DNA from: Octopus sinensis
Taxonomy: Eukaryota
Direction: 5' to 3'
Assembly (NCBI RefSeq): GCF_006345805.1
Contig: NC_042997.1
Location: forward strand, 29,326,001-29,390,000
Length of the DNA stretch: 64,000 nucleotides
The position numbers were made by a program, and so were the translations under genes. The notes below the pieces were generated by a model. That model did no database searches, was not told where the DNA came from, and saw only the letters and a list, made by a program, of their open reading frames with translations. Below, piece by piece: positions 40,076-54,199 of this stretch; positions within the stretch are counted from its first letter, which is position 1; every line of letters starts with the position of its first letter.

Positions 40076-40076
<1 letters not shown>
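39882..40076 (+). mobile_element. SINE family C copy
   Basis: Matches 34795-34985. Preceded by (ATT)n and followed by (AGT)n. Confidence 0.85.
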
Positions 40077-40108
<32 letters not shown>

Positions 40109-40343
40109 CAGCAGCAGCATGAGTAGTAGTAGTAGTAGTAGTAGAATTGAATTTTAATATTACTATTCTTATGCTATGTCCATTATTTACATTATTTACA
40201 ATTGACAGATACTTGTCCTCTTGTTTGTTGTTAACACAACGTTTTTACTGATATACACTCTAGATTTCATGAGGTGTCTTGCGAAATTTCGAACCGGGGT
40301 TCTCATTCGTAAGGAATTTGTCGATGTTGTTGTTATAGTTGTT

Positions 40344-40429
<86 letters not shown>

Positions 40430-40444
40430 CATCATTATTATTAT

Positions 40445-40968
40445 GTGAGAGAGCAGTGCATGCCATCAAAGTGACACTGGGGTAAAATATACGAAGTCCA
40501 GTATACCCATCATGATTACCCGTCTGATAAGAGTACACCAGGCACATGCATCACAACCATATGTGCGCGACATGGTGATCTCATATCGAGATAAACAGCG
40601 CATGACCTTGCAGCTGGGGCCCAGTTAGAATTTTCTTCTGGTAGGGTAACCCATCCCTCTCAAAAGGTCCCTCATTAAGGGTTGTTTAAGGATGTTGTAT
40701 GAAACACCCATGTTTCCAGAAGTGAATTATCCAAACCCCAAATAATCCCTCTTAACACGTGGTTATGATGCTCCACTACTACTTCTGCTCCTGATCAGAG
40801 ATGCACATATCGTCAGCCACCGAGGGACATGCTCAACTGGTTATGGTTAAACAACTGACAAGCAAATCTGTGGTATTGAGCAGAATATTTGCTGTAGCCC
40901 ATCTTTGACACCAAGACATGTGGTATTGAGCAGAATATTTGCTGTAGCCCATCTTTGACACCAAGACA
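40445..40968. mobile_element. Non-coding interspersed repeat family D, copy 1, in (ATT)n
   Basis: Homologous to 41556-42078. Ends in a perfect 50-bp tandem duplication (40869-40918 / 40919-40968). Confidence 0.85.
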
Positions 40969-40969
40969 A

Positions 40970-41031
<62 letters not shown>

Positions 41032-41400
41032 CATCATCATCATCATTATTATTATTTTCATTCTTAAATTCTTTTTCCGTTTCTCGCCGAGTGTTTTCCG
41101 TACACCTAGGGCAGAGAAGCTCATTGTATGCATTCCCAGATTACACACGCAAATTCACACGTAAAATATATATTTAAAAAATTAATAAATAAATTCATGA
41201 ATGGATGTTGTTTTCACAGCGATAATGCTCTTCTCAGTACATGAGCCATTCAGGTTAACATAAATGTTTGTACTTCCTGTAGGGATGGTATGCCTGGTAT
41301 CATTTTCAAATAGGTTTCAGAACCTTTTTTTAAAACATTCCTAGAGATCCTACAATCACTGGTACTGTAGTCGCCTTGAGATGCCACATTATTCTTATTC

Positions 41401-41435
<35 letters not shown>

Positions 41436-41522
41436 ATTATTATTATTATTATTATATTATTATTATTATTATATTATTATTATATTATTATTATTATTAT
41501 TTATTATTATTATTATTATTAC

Positions 41523-41553
<31 letters not shown>

Positions 41554-41555
41554 AC

Positions 41556-42078
41556 TGAGTGAGAGAGCAGTGCATGCCATCAAAGTGACACAGGGGTAAA
41601 ATATACGAAGCCGAGTATACCCATCATGACTGCCCTTCTGATAAGGGTACAAAGGTGTGTGCGCGACATGGTGATATCATATTACGTTAAACAGTGCATG
41701 ACCTTGCAGGTGGGGCCCAGTTAGGATTTTCTTCTTGTCAACTAACCCAGCCCGCTCAAATGGTCCCTGATTAAGGGTTGTTTAAGGATATTGAACGAAA
41801 TACCCATGCTTCCAGAAGTGAATTATTCAAACCCCAAAGAATCCCTCTCAACACATAGCTATGATGCTCATGATCACAGTTGCACCTATCGTTAGCCTCT
41901 AAGCTAAGGGGCATGTTCAAATGGTTAAGGCCAAACAACTGACATGCAAATGGTGGTATTGAGCAGAATGTTTGCTGTAGCCGATCTTTTATACCAAGAC
42001 AAAACAATGTACATTATAAAACTTCCAATCAGTTAGATCAGAAGCCCCGAGGGCCACCGCCTGATACTGCATCAGGGC
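41556..42078. mobile_element. Repeat family D, copy 2, in (ATT)n
   Basis: tgagagagcagtgcatgccatcaaagtgacac...gtggtattgagcagaat shared with copy 1. (ATT)n on both flanks. Confidence 0.85.
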
Positions 42079-42080
42079 TT

Positions 42081-42170
<90 letters not shown>

Positions 42171-42219
42171 TATTATTATCATTATTATTATTATCATTAT
42201 TATTTTTTTTTTATTGTTG

Positions 42220-42280
<61 letters not shown>

Positions 42281-42289
42281 TATTATTCA

Positions 42290-42430
42290 GGCCACTGCCT
42301 GGAATCGAACTCGGCATCTTGGGGTTAGTGACCCGCACTCTTAACCACTATGTCATATGCCTGAGACATAGTGGTTAGGAGCGCGGGATACTAACCCAAA
42401 TATTCTGAGTTCGATTCCAGTCACCTCAGG
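42290..42430. promoter_or_regulatory. Back-to-back tRNA-like Pol III heads (A and B boxes on both strands)
   Basis: Plus 42365-42430: gacatagtggttagg...gagttcgattcc. Minus 42354-42290: gacatagtggttaag...gagttcgattcc. 10-nt spacer. Confidence 0.75.
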
Positions 42431-42437
42431 AATAATG

Positions 42438-42501
<64 letters not shown>

Positions 42502-44684
42502 CAACAACAATAATAATAATAATATAAATAATAATAATAACAGCAGCAATAACAACAACAACAACAACAACATCGAAAAATACCTTACCAATGAGAACCC
42601 AGGTTCGAAATTTCCTGAAGACTCCTGATGAAGACTGGAGGGTATATCAGCCGAAATTTTTGAGTTAACCACAAACAAGATGAGGAGAAATATCCGTCAA
42701 TTGTAAATAATGTAAATAATGTATATAATTTCTCATCTCTTAAATATAGAACTGTCTTATGCTATGCCATTTGTATTTAAATTCTCAAGGGAAAAATATA
42801 CTTAAAACCCTAAAGTGTCAAAATGACAATCGTCTTTATAAATAGGATAATCAGAACCATTTTGGTAATCAATAAGATATCGTTAATACCATGATAATGA
42901 TAATAATGTAACTGTATTACAAAGTGATGTGAAGATTACTAAATTATTAAAGACGATAGCGTTATTATGGAATATTTAATGATATGCAGAAGATTTAATT
43001 ACCCATTTAGTTTCATTTAAAATAAAACAACAGAAAATTATTTCCGTTATTTATTTTTAATTACTATCTGTCTACATGGTTGAGAGGCTACGCGGTTTTG
43101 ATTTGTTAAAAAAATTTAATATGAGAAAAAAGTATTTGTACTTATTTAGTAGCTATATGTGGTACGATTCATTACTGTATAAATTTTTCAATCTTAAAAT
43201 CATAAAAGATGAAGGAGGATAAATGCATTTGTAAATATTTCATTAATGACTTTATGTTTATTCGTTAAAATTCTTCTGACATAGTTTTAAATGTCCGTGT
43301 GTGATATTCAACGGAATGTTTCTGAGCAGTTAAATTACTCTCGGGTCACTTTATGCCTTCAATGTACAATACATCTGGAAAATTTAGTACGATATTACAT
43401 TGGAAAGATTGCAGTAAATTCGGTATGATTGTTTCTGGTCATAAACTTCAAAAGACGGGATTAAGCATAAACGCATCCATCAAAATGATTGCTTCTAATA
43501 TTCTAGTGTGAAATGAATCTTTATATATATATATATATATATATACGGCGTTCCCACTTCAATATCAGAACAATTTAGCGAGTATTTTCTCTGGAAGAAG
43601 CACGTAATAGTTGTAAAAAGATAAATTATTTGTAAATGTATACACAACGAGAGGGAGAGAGATGAAGAGAGAGAGAGCTACGAAGTAAAGCTGTCGAGCT
43701 ATAGGCGTTAATCGGAATAGGCTGACGTATGTTTGTGTGGTAATCACACTTCAAAGCTTTAACAATGGTCGGAGTTACTGTGGCGGGAAAGAATCCAGCA
43801 CAACTTTCATTGTCACAGACAAGAATCTTATAGAATAATCTTGGAATAACTATGCAGTCACATGCATTATTTCTGCTGCATTGCAAACCATGACTTGCAT
43901 ATCTAAGGCCAGGTCAGATAAGTAAGATGAAATGATGTCCGAAGATCCCATACCCATTCCTGGAATATCACTGAAGACGCATTGAGAGCACTTATGTGGT
44001 GCATTTGAATATACATGAGATCTCTTTCATGTAAGATATTTTGTGTTCGTATCCATGTCAATGCTTTTAATAATTCTAAGTCCATTTTATTTCAGTGAAA
44101 TTAACATAATAAAATGAGGTTAACAATGTCACGTACAAGTTTCCATTTGAAACTTTCATGCTGTGTATTATATTATGAGCAATATTTGAAACTGCTATAA
44201 GGCTAAAATTCAATCACGGTATAATTGTATGAAATACCTTTCTCCTTCTGAATAATTGTCAAATATATGTAACAGTTTCAGCTCTATCTCAAACTTTTCT
44301 AAAAAGGTGCATGACCTGATATATTGTGAGAGGCAAGCATGTGTCACTTCATCTACCCCAGAGATCAACAAGTACTTATTTCATCGATCCCGAAAGCATG
44401 AGAGGCAAATCCGACCGCCATGACTTTTCACAAATTGTAAAGTAAAATGTGCAAGGAGAATAGCGAAAATCAAAACGCGAATGCACCTATTAATTCTTTA
44501 TACATATTATACATTATAATTGACCACTATTTACCACTATTCGGGTGTACCGTTTCGCAGAAAAATGGAATTGAAGTTGTCATTTTCCTGCACGATTATT
44601 TACTGCAGATACGGATATCTCATTCTCCAATGGTTACTCTGAATTAGTATCCGTACATAATAAAACAAACGGCTTAGTGATAAT

Positions 44685-46941
44685 TGGGCTCTACAGGCCA
44701 TCCCAAGCGTCACGAGTGTTCTTTGATGAATTCTTCAGAAAGCCAAGTCTTTCATCAACCATTACAAAACCAGTAGCATTTTAATGATGGGTGATTTCAA
44801 TCTCTCTTGTATTGAGTGGACTACTTATACACTGAAAACAAGTGTGTACATTTCAACCCCAGAGAAATCAGCAGTGGATTCACTGTGAAAATTCATGCTC
44901 GTGCCTTCGAGATTCAACCGGATATGTCTCTGAAAAAATATTTCTCTGCTCGAATAGGCTATGGTGCCCAAGAGCTGATTGTATTTAATTAGACATGTCC
45001 CGGGCCAACGTCCGCTGAAATGTATCTAAGTAATCTCTAATAAACAATAATTACTTCCCAATCTCTGTTTTCTTAAGTAAACATACAAACACTGTATATG
45101 ATATTGCAGTGGAGAAAACTCTCCTTGCAGACCACGATATTGTTCTTTGTAGCCTGAGGTATCGGCAGCCTAAAGAAAAAACTGACTAGCACACACCAGT
45201 CCACCCTTTTGATTTCTTGGATCTCCACAAGGCTAAAGGAAAGGAAATCGCCCACGATCTTTCGCTCGTTGATTGGTCTTTCACAGATTTCCTCTCGCCA
45301 AGTAGCACTCCACTACGGTCCATGGACAAAACGAAATGAAGGCTGCCTAAAAAAATTTAAAGTCGCCCATAAGAAAAAATTAATAGTATATATATAAAAA
45401 ATAATAACCGGCTAAAATATTGCCAGCTACATCATTCTAATTTGCCAGAGATAGCTCTACTGGAATCAAAGAAATTTGGTCTTCAAAATTGTTTGCAGTT
45501 TGTCATTACCTGTGAAAGAATAACTAAGAAGTGGACCATCGTGAAAATTAAACTCAATCCCAAAGTTTTCTTCTCAGTCGCCAAAAAACATAAGGTCGCT
45601 CTCTCAATTGTCGGACTTCTCATTGCCAAAGACAACACTCTCCTTCGTGTTGCAGAAGACATGTTTTAGGTCTCTTCTTGGAATATTACAGTCCAAATAT
45701 TCCCATCCAACATGACTTCGGCCAAGGAAGGGACTGCTTAACACAGGCTCTTGCATCATTTCAATGACATTTTCCAGGCCTTAAGAGAGAGTTCCCATGC
45801 AGATGCCATATACCTTGAATTCAGCTTTGTCTTTGACAGGGTTGATCACTACACCCTTTTAAAGAAACTGTCCGAAACTGGAGTCAGAGCAAAACTGCTA
45901 TCTTGGATTAAATGTCTTCTGATGATCAGAACTCAGCTTGTGGTGATTAATGGTGTCCGATCGTCACCGGCTATGGTTATAAGTGGAGTCCTACAATGCA
46001 CCGTATTGGACTCGCTCCTTTTTATAATTTATAATAATGACATTACTGACGTCATCAAACATAGCATACATATTTTCGCGGATGACTCTAAGTTACTGAA
46101 GTTTGTTGACAAGTTTGAAGACCAAACAAATCTTCAAAGTGATCTTTTAGCTGTTATCAAATGGGCGGAGAAAGATAATATGCAGCTAACGACAGAAACT
46201 TCAACCTAGTCCACTTCGGTAAAGGGACTGCACTCTAACAACCATACACTCTTCCCTCGGGCGAAGCTCTCGGGGCAACTAGCAAAGCTAGATAACTGGA
46301 TGTTAATGTTGACAACGAAATAAGCTAAAGTGTTCGCAGAAACAACATAGTTGTCATGGTTATCAGGTCATGCTCCTGGATCCTCAGGACTTTCCGGTCT
46401 AGAGACGCCTCTACCATTATTCTACTTTTACTCGCCCTCACATTGATTACTGTTGTCCGCTGTAGTCCCCACACGCGATACAGAATATTATGAAAATTGA
46501 AGCTCCCTAGAGACCAATCACAAAAAATAGATTATATGAGCATTATATCATTATTATGCTGTAGAAAATATTCCACCAACATTGACCAAATGATATAGGT
46601 ATCTTTAAAATTCATCTGAGTTTGGCCCCTGTGTCATCCGTCCACTACAGAAATCATGTTTATACCGTATCGCAATACTACGACAGGGCTATGTCACCTC
46701 AAATGGCCCTGCTCTCTTCGTGCCAGCTCACATAAAGGAGGAAAGTGATTTTACGGCAGTCAAACGGTCCCTAGATGACAAACCACCCACACTCGGATAT
46801 GTCTTTGAAAACAACAACGCTGTGCTCGAATGGACTATGGTGCCCGAGCGCTGACTGTGTATCTCTTTCATGTGATTCTATTAAATTTGACAAGGCCAGC
46901 TTCAGCGGAAAGATATCTAAGTAGTCGATAATAATCAATAA
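44685..46941 (+). mobile_element. Old, heavily decayed CR1-type LINE (AP endonuclease and RT remnants)
   Basis: MGDFN at 44787-44801, DAIYLEFSFVFDRVDH, SGVLQCTVLDSLLFIIYNND, IFADDSKL, WILRTFRSR. Many stops and frameshifts. Confidence 0.85.
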
Positions 46942-47162
46942 TTCTCCATTTTTGCTTCTTTTATATAAATATAAACTGTATATTTTATATGCATATACCT
47001 ATTATTTTAACGAAATTAATTCCCCCAAATACTAGGTATTGGACCAGTATATCCTTAGGTGAAACCATCCTTTCATCAGGTTAACTCAACTTCTAATCGA
47101 GTACACACATACACACACATACACACATATACATACATTACATAACTACATATATACACATG

Positions 47163-47238
<76 letters not shown>

Positions 47239-48420
47239 TATATGTATATATATATGTATGTATGTATATATGTATGTATGCATGTATATTCCTATTTATC
47301 GTCAAATTGAATGATGCCCTTCACATACATCAGATGATGACCTGAGAAATATTGGTAACCAAAAAGACTTGAGTGGTCATAAACGTATTTCTCTTATAAG
47401 TTTACAGTAGTATGCTTATAATTATACCACTCTCTTGTAAGTATACAGTAGTCGTAGACATGTATCAAATATATTTTTAATCCTCAACTTAATAAATTAT
47501 GTTCATGTAGATTTCAGATGAAATTTCTATTGCTTGAATATTAGAATATACGTAACGAGCACATTACGCCCATGCATCAGTAAGAATAATCAAATCACTC
47601 ATGTAAGTCTGTTAATTATTATGCGGTACTAGTTCATTTACAGACATAGAGAAATGATTTTGCTAAATGTCGAATAATAACGAGTAAATATACACCATAG
47701 AGCAATCTTTAATGATGGTCGAAATTGTAAGCGTCTCCTCAATCAAACTTCCAAATTTATATTAACGTCTATATAAGCTATTTGTAAAATCAATGTTGAT
47801 GTTTATATCAGGAAAACTGTGATGATGCAGTTAGAATTTGTACAATCAGCAGATATAATTTAGTCTACAATTTTCAGTTTAAAGTATATTCTGGAGACAC
47901 TAATCAAAATATATTTGGTGGCATACATTAGATTATGAAATGTATAAATTGCATAATGTCGGAAAAGCTTGTTTTAATGAGCACCCTCGCTGTATGAGTG
48001 CGCATAATGTAGATAGATGATAATAGAAATAGGGAAGCTTAATTTAAGAATAATGTTCCTTGGTATCAGTGACTTTCTGAATACAAGAAAAACATGTAAT
48101 TCTTTATTGTCAGCATAATTTCAATGCAAAAAACGAAATTATTGCTACCGTTTCATTAATGTCTGAGAGAGAAATTTAGAATAAACTGTCTAGTAAGTTC
48201 ACAAATTACGGTACAAGACTCACGTCACAATTAGATATATTTAACACCGCATTTGCTAAATATATATTATTAACAGGTAAAATTAGACTAGAATGTCTGT
48301 TCGGTCAAGCTACCAAATAATTCTTAATCGTTTGACAAGTCTCAACACACACACACATGCAAACATACTCATATATGTATGCGCGTATCTGTATGAAACT
48401 AAATATATACATACACACAC

Positions 48421-48499
<79 letters not shown>

Positions 48500-48500
48500 G

Positions 48501-48672
48501 CATATATGTATGTATACACAGACAAATGCATATATACATAAATATATATATATATATACATACATATATGTATGTATACACAGACAAATGCATATATACA
48601 TAAATATATATATATATATATACATACATATATGTATGTATACACAGACAAATGCATATATACATAAATATA
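48501..48672. repeat. Microsatellite-derived minisatellite, three units of 62-64 bp
   Basis: catatatgtatgtatacacagacaaatgcatatatacataaatat starts at 48501, 48563 and 48627. Confidence 0.9.
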
Positions 48673-50951
48673 TTTGATATTTAATTTATTCAAATACATT
48701 TATCGATTATGCCATAACTTTCCGTCTCTTTGTAAAAAATCCCTCTTCACTATAATTTCTGATCTTGCTCCGTTAAGTGAAATAATTATTAGTATTACAA
48801 ATAATAATCACATTTTCATGAACAAGCAATTCAGATTTTAATTTGTACATAATTCATGTTAGTGAGATGCGTTAATTAATTTACTTTTTTATTTAGCTGG
48901 GTGAAAGCATACCCTAATTTTATTCTACTGACTTGAGAGGACGCTGTGTAATTATCCAAATGAATCTGAATAAATTTTCTCTGGATAGATCTAGATAAAC
49001 TTTGTTCGTTTAGAAAAACGCAATACATCACAATTTAGCCCCCGACCAAGAGGTGAAAGATATATTTATCAAAGTACGCATTAAGTATATGCTACCAAAC
49101 TTGAATTTCAAAAAAAATGGAATGCACCCTAACTAATGCTTGCAGACGCAATAATTGAAAGACAATTATATAGAATATCTGATAAAATTATATGTTAATT
49201 GTGTATTTCATAGACACGAGACACCGCAATTAGTGCAAAAAGGTACTTTCAATGCAATCAGATTTATGTGCTTAAGGATTAATAGTTTATTAGATTGATG
49301 GAAATGAAAGTTCCAGTCAATGGTGACATATCATTAATCACAATTCAAATCTATGTTACACAATACTGGGAGTTATTAATCCGACTCCGAGTAAATCAGA
49401 CGTTCTATTAAAGTTAAACCACTGTATTATACTGTTATATATTTAATCCATGACCGTCAGATGAAATCGATTAATACACTGTCAACCACATCCAGCAACA
49501 GCAGTGATATATCGTCGCTGGTACATCTACATAAAATAGTTCAGAAAAGGAAGTTTTCTATTAGAATGTCATTCAATGAGAAATTCACTTTAATTCATCA
49601 AAGGAATGATGTATTGGAATTGTATTCCATTGAACTATAAAAAAAAGAAGCGTATGTCATTTAACCAATGCAGCACATGAGAGTCATTTGAAGATAGTTT
49701 TGATGTTGCATAAAATCACGAGGAGATGAATGCTGTTGAGAATTAATTTTCAGATACAGCTTTCACTCAATGAATATTTCCAAAATTTTCTAATTAACTT
49801 GTAGGTATTTTCCCAACGATGCTTCCAGTATTGTGTTACATACATTTAATACTGATATTTATTTAATCAATGACCACCTCCAACAACAACAGCAGTGATA
49901 TCTCGTCGTTGGTAAATCTACATAAAATAGTTCGGGAAATTCACTTTAATATATATAGGGAAAGATTTATTGGAATTTTATTGCATAAAACTATAAAAAA
50001 GATATGCTTGCGTCAGAAGACTTGCATAAATTTATTGCAATAAATGAGCAATAAAACCTTGAAGGTCAAACTTGAACAAATCTTTGGATCTGCGAAGCAA
50101 GGAACTGAATTAAACAGACAGAAATTGCTGAGTGGGTATTTCAAAGATCGGTATCTAAAGGGCCAGTGGCTAGCGGAAGAGAGACCGTTCATAGAACAAT
50201 ATTTAAGTAGAGTAGACAGAGAATTTGCAGCTGGCACATAGTATTGTCATATTGGAATTATACAGGGTAACGAGGGGGAAATCGTGCAATGCACATCATT
50301 AGAGAAATTGTATTTTGATTAATAGTCTGCCTCGAAATTACGAATCTCTGTTTAATATAAACCACATTTATGCATGCATCCCAGTACGGAATTTAGAAAT
50401 AATACTGTGTACATAAATAACGTATTAATGTGCGCAGTGTTGTTTTGCTTCGACAGTTTAATGAATGAAACTAAGAAAGATTTAGAGAAAAACATCATTA
50501 CATTTTACAGTAACATCAATCATTTTAAGAAAAGATAGATTTTACATCAATTATAAGATTACTTTCGTAAACTGTTGACAGATTTCTCTCATGAAAATGT
50601 CAAGTTATATATGCACCGATTTTGAAAATTTGACTTACTTATCATGGCGTGCAGCTATTCTTCCTGAACTAAATATCTCAAGTCAGCTGACGCATGATTT
50701 TAATATGATCATTGCGTGCATATAAATGATCATACACACAGATGCATATAAATATGTACATACATACATACATACATATAGGTGTGTGTGTGAGTGTGTG
50801 AGTGTGTTTGTGTGTGTGAACATACACACACATAGGCACAATCACACACACACACACATATATATATATATGTATGTATTCATATATATATATGTATGTA
50901 TTCATATATATATGTATGTATTCATATATATATATATTATATTCATACATA

Positions 50952-51378
<427 letters not shown>

Positions 51379-52985
51379 GCAGAGGGAGAGAGAGAAAGAG
51401 GAAATTATTGGGATAAACAATTTATTTATATCAAATTTATGAAATATATTTGGTAACTCAAGTACAAAATATGCATATATGTATGCATGCAAAACGTGTA
51501 GAAGCAAATGCTGGAATCGCTCAGATGATGGACTTTTATGTATAAATATATAGATATTTATTTTAATAGGCTCAAGTTACATAGAGTTCAAACGACAAAG
51601 AAAATTAATAGAAAGGTAGTTATAAGACCTACAGTTGTTTCTGAGATCTCGGTGATCCATAATAATTTGGTAGATTTAGTCCATCACAATATGCGGCTGT
51701 ATGGATGCAATTACCTCTAGATGAGACGAGTCTTCGTCATCAGAGTAAAGATCTTACATTTCAGATCTTAATGCCCGAGTATGAGTGTGCATGCTTTTGT
51801 GGATGTGTATATGTGCGTATATGCACAAAATAACGAAAAGTAGAAAACAACTAGGTAAAAATTTCAAAGAACATATTGTTACGCACTAGAAATATATATG
51901 TTACTTTGACATTTCGAGCTCGCGAGCTTCTTCGGAAAGACAGAAATACAAAATGTATTTAGAATAGGGAGAAATAAGCATGTTATATATTACGTCAAGA
52001 TGGAAAGAAATGGGAATTATTATGGAATGCTAAGAAGTTTTATTCTCGCAAAACCTACAGGAGAGTCATTTTACTTGGGTAAATGCTTATCCATATGTAA
52101 CCATATGGTTACACACTATGTGTATTTATAGCGTATGCGGGTGTAATTTTTGTTTAATTTAATGACAGTTGAATGCATCTATATATGCGAGTGTTTAAAC
52201 AATATACTGCTCTTTATTTTGTTGTTGATGAATGTATCCATACAACCTCGTATGTTTGATCGTACATGTTTGAGCTTGTTACGTTTATCTGCATTGTATT
52301 TAAATGCATGTATGCGTATGTGGGATGTTTTGCTACTATTTGTAATACATGATCTTGGAAATATACGTCGCTTACATGTTCCTTTTAATGTGACAGTACG
52401 TGTATATATACATATTTCTTCAAATATGAAAAGTTTGTGCCTTTCTTATATGTAATATGTGTGCTACACATAGCACGCACGAAGAGAAGTGAGTTTCGTA
52501 TTTCCTGATTGAACTAGCTAGTGTTCTAAGAGGATTCTGTATTTATGTAACAAGTCTGCATATACGACAGGGCGCATCCTCAAAACTATAATGGATAATA
52601 GAAACACGGCTGAAAGGAAGTAATCTGCCCTATGAAATTTATGTTCAATGTACGTAAGGATGGGGAAGAAAATATGTTGAGAAATGGTAGTTGTGCGAAA
52701 GAGAAATTATAACAGTGTGCTTGTGTAGTTTAACGAGACGATGATAAGATGATAAAAGAGATTTCGTGTAAGTTAAAAGAAAAGTCACGAATATAATTTA
52801 AATTTAGTCCACGAACTTCAATATGTTAACACCTGGTGCTGGTGTGTTTACATACCTGTAACTTAATAGTTAGGAAAGACGTAAGTTTCGAAAATCAATT
52901 ACGGTTAATCGTCGTGTTTTCGATCTACGGATAAACAGGTAAATTAGCTCTGTTAATATAGGAAGTTCATAGGTTACAGATACAG

Positions 52986-53061
<76 letters not shown>

Positions 53062-53076
53062 ATATATATATAATAT

Positions 53077-53111
<35 letters not shown>

Positions 53112-53136
53112 TTATATTATATATATTATATAATAT

Positions 53137-53192
<56 letters not shown>

Positions 53193-53193
53193 T

Positions 53194-53274
<81 letters not shown>

Positions 53275-53290
53275 ATATATTATATATATA

Positions 53291-53646
53291 GGCGTAGGAG
53301 TGGCTGGTGGTAAGTAGCTTGCTAACCAACCACATGGTTCCGGGTTCAATCCCACTGCGTGGCATCTTGGGCAAGTGTCTTCTGTTATAGCCCCAGGCCG
53401 ACCAATGCCCTGTAGTCGATGCTAGACGGAAACTGAAAGAAGCCTGTCGTATGTATGTATATATATATATATGTGTGTATGTGTGTGTGTGTTTGTGTTT
53501 TTTACCCCCTAGCATTGCTTGACAACCGATGCTGGTGTGTTTACGTCCCCGTCACTTAGCGGTTCGGCAAAACAGACCGATAGAATAAGTACTGGGCTTA
53601 CAGAGAATAAGTCCCGCACTCAAATGACTGTAACAAGTAAAAGAGT
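53291..53646 (+). mobile_element. SINE family A copy with deletion in the 3' region
   Basis: Head ggcgtaggagtggctggtggtaag...ggttcaatccc, internal (TA)(TG) tract. Jumps from gtccc to gcactcaaatgactg, lacking the ggcggtgctccagcatgg segment. Confidence 0.9.
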
Positions 53647-54199
53647 ATATATATATATATATATATATTATAAATATTAGGAAATTAATTCAAAACGTTT
53701 AAACTGTCATATACATTATATACTTATACTTATACATATTTACTCCTTTGTGAGGAGTTTTGATATTGATTTCGTAATATTAATAATAATATATTATTAA
53801 AAAAATATATATGTATATAATCGCTTGTAATAAATATATAAATATTCTAATAGTATTAATACTTTGTTACAAGTGAGCACTCAATATAAATTCAGTATAT
53901 AATATTCTCATTGAATATATTTAACTAAAGATTTATTTATATATATAGATATGTTGTGTGTGCATGTGTGCCTGCATGCGTGGGTATTTTATATATATAT
54001 ATAAAATATATACTATAAAATTATTATGAAATATATTAAAATTATTAATGAAATATATTAAAATTATTAATGAGACGTCAGGATGTGAAACCCGATCGAA
54101 TTATGGAATAAACCTACCATGGAGAATAAATATATTGCACATCATGTTTGTGTGGACTCCATCCAAATACTATCGAACGGTCATAGGTTGGCCAGTATA

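Larger units (their letters stand above)
40179..42754. mobile_element. Composite inverted element: hammerhead tail - (ATT)n - divergent tRNA-like pair - (AAT)n - hammerhead tail, 12-bp TSD
   Basis: tcttatgctatg at 40167-40178 and 42755-42766. Inverted homologous tails at about 40180-40325 and 42572-42754. Palindromic tRNA-like pair at 42290-42430. Confidence 0.7.

Noticed and set aside
51640-51760. Minus-strand peptide GNCIHTAAYCDG resembling an LDL-receptor class A repeat
   Set aside because: Lacks the following DC/DE residues, is bounded by stops and has no convincing splice sites.
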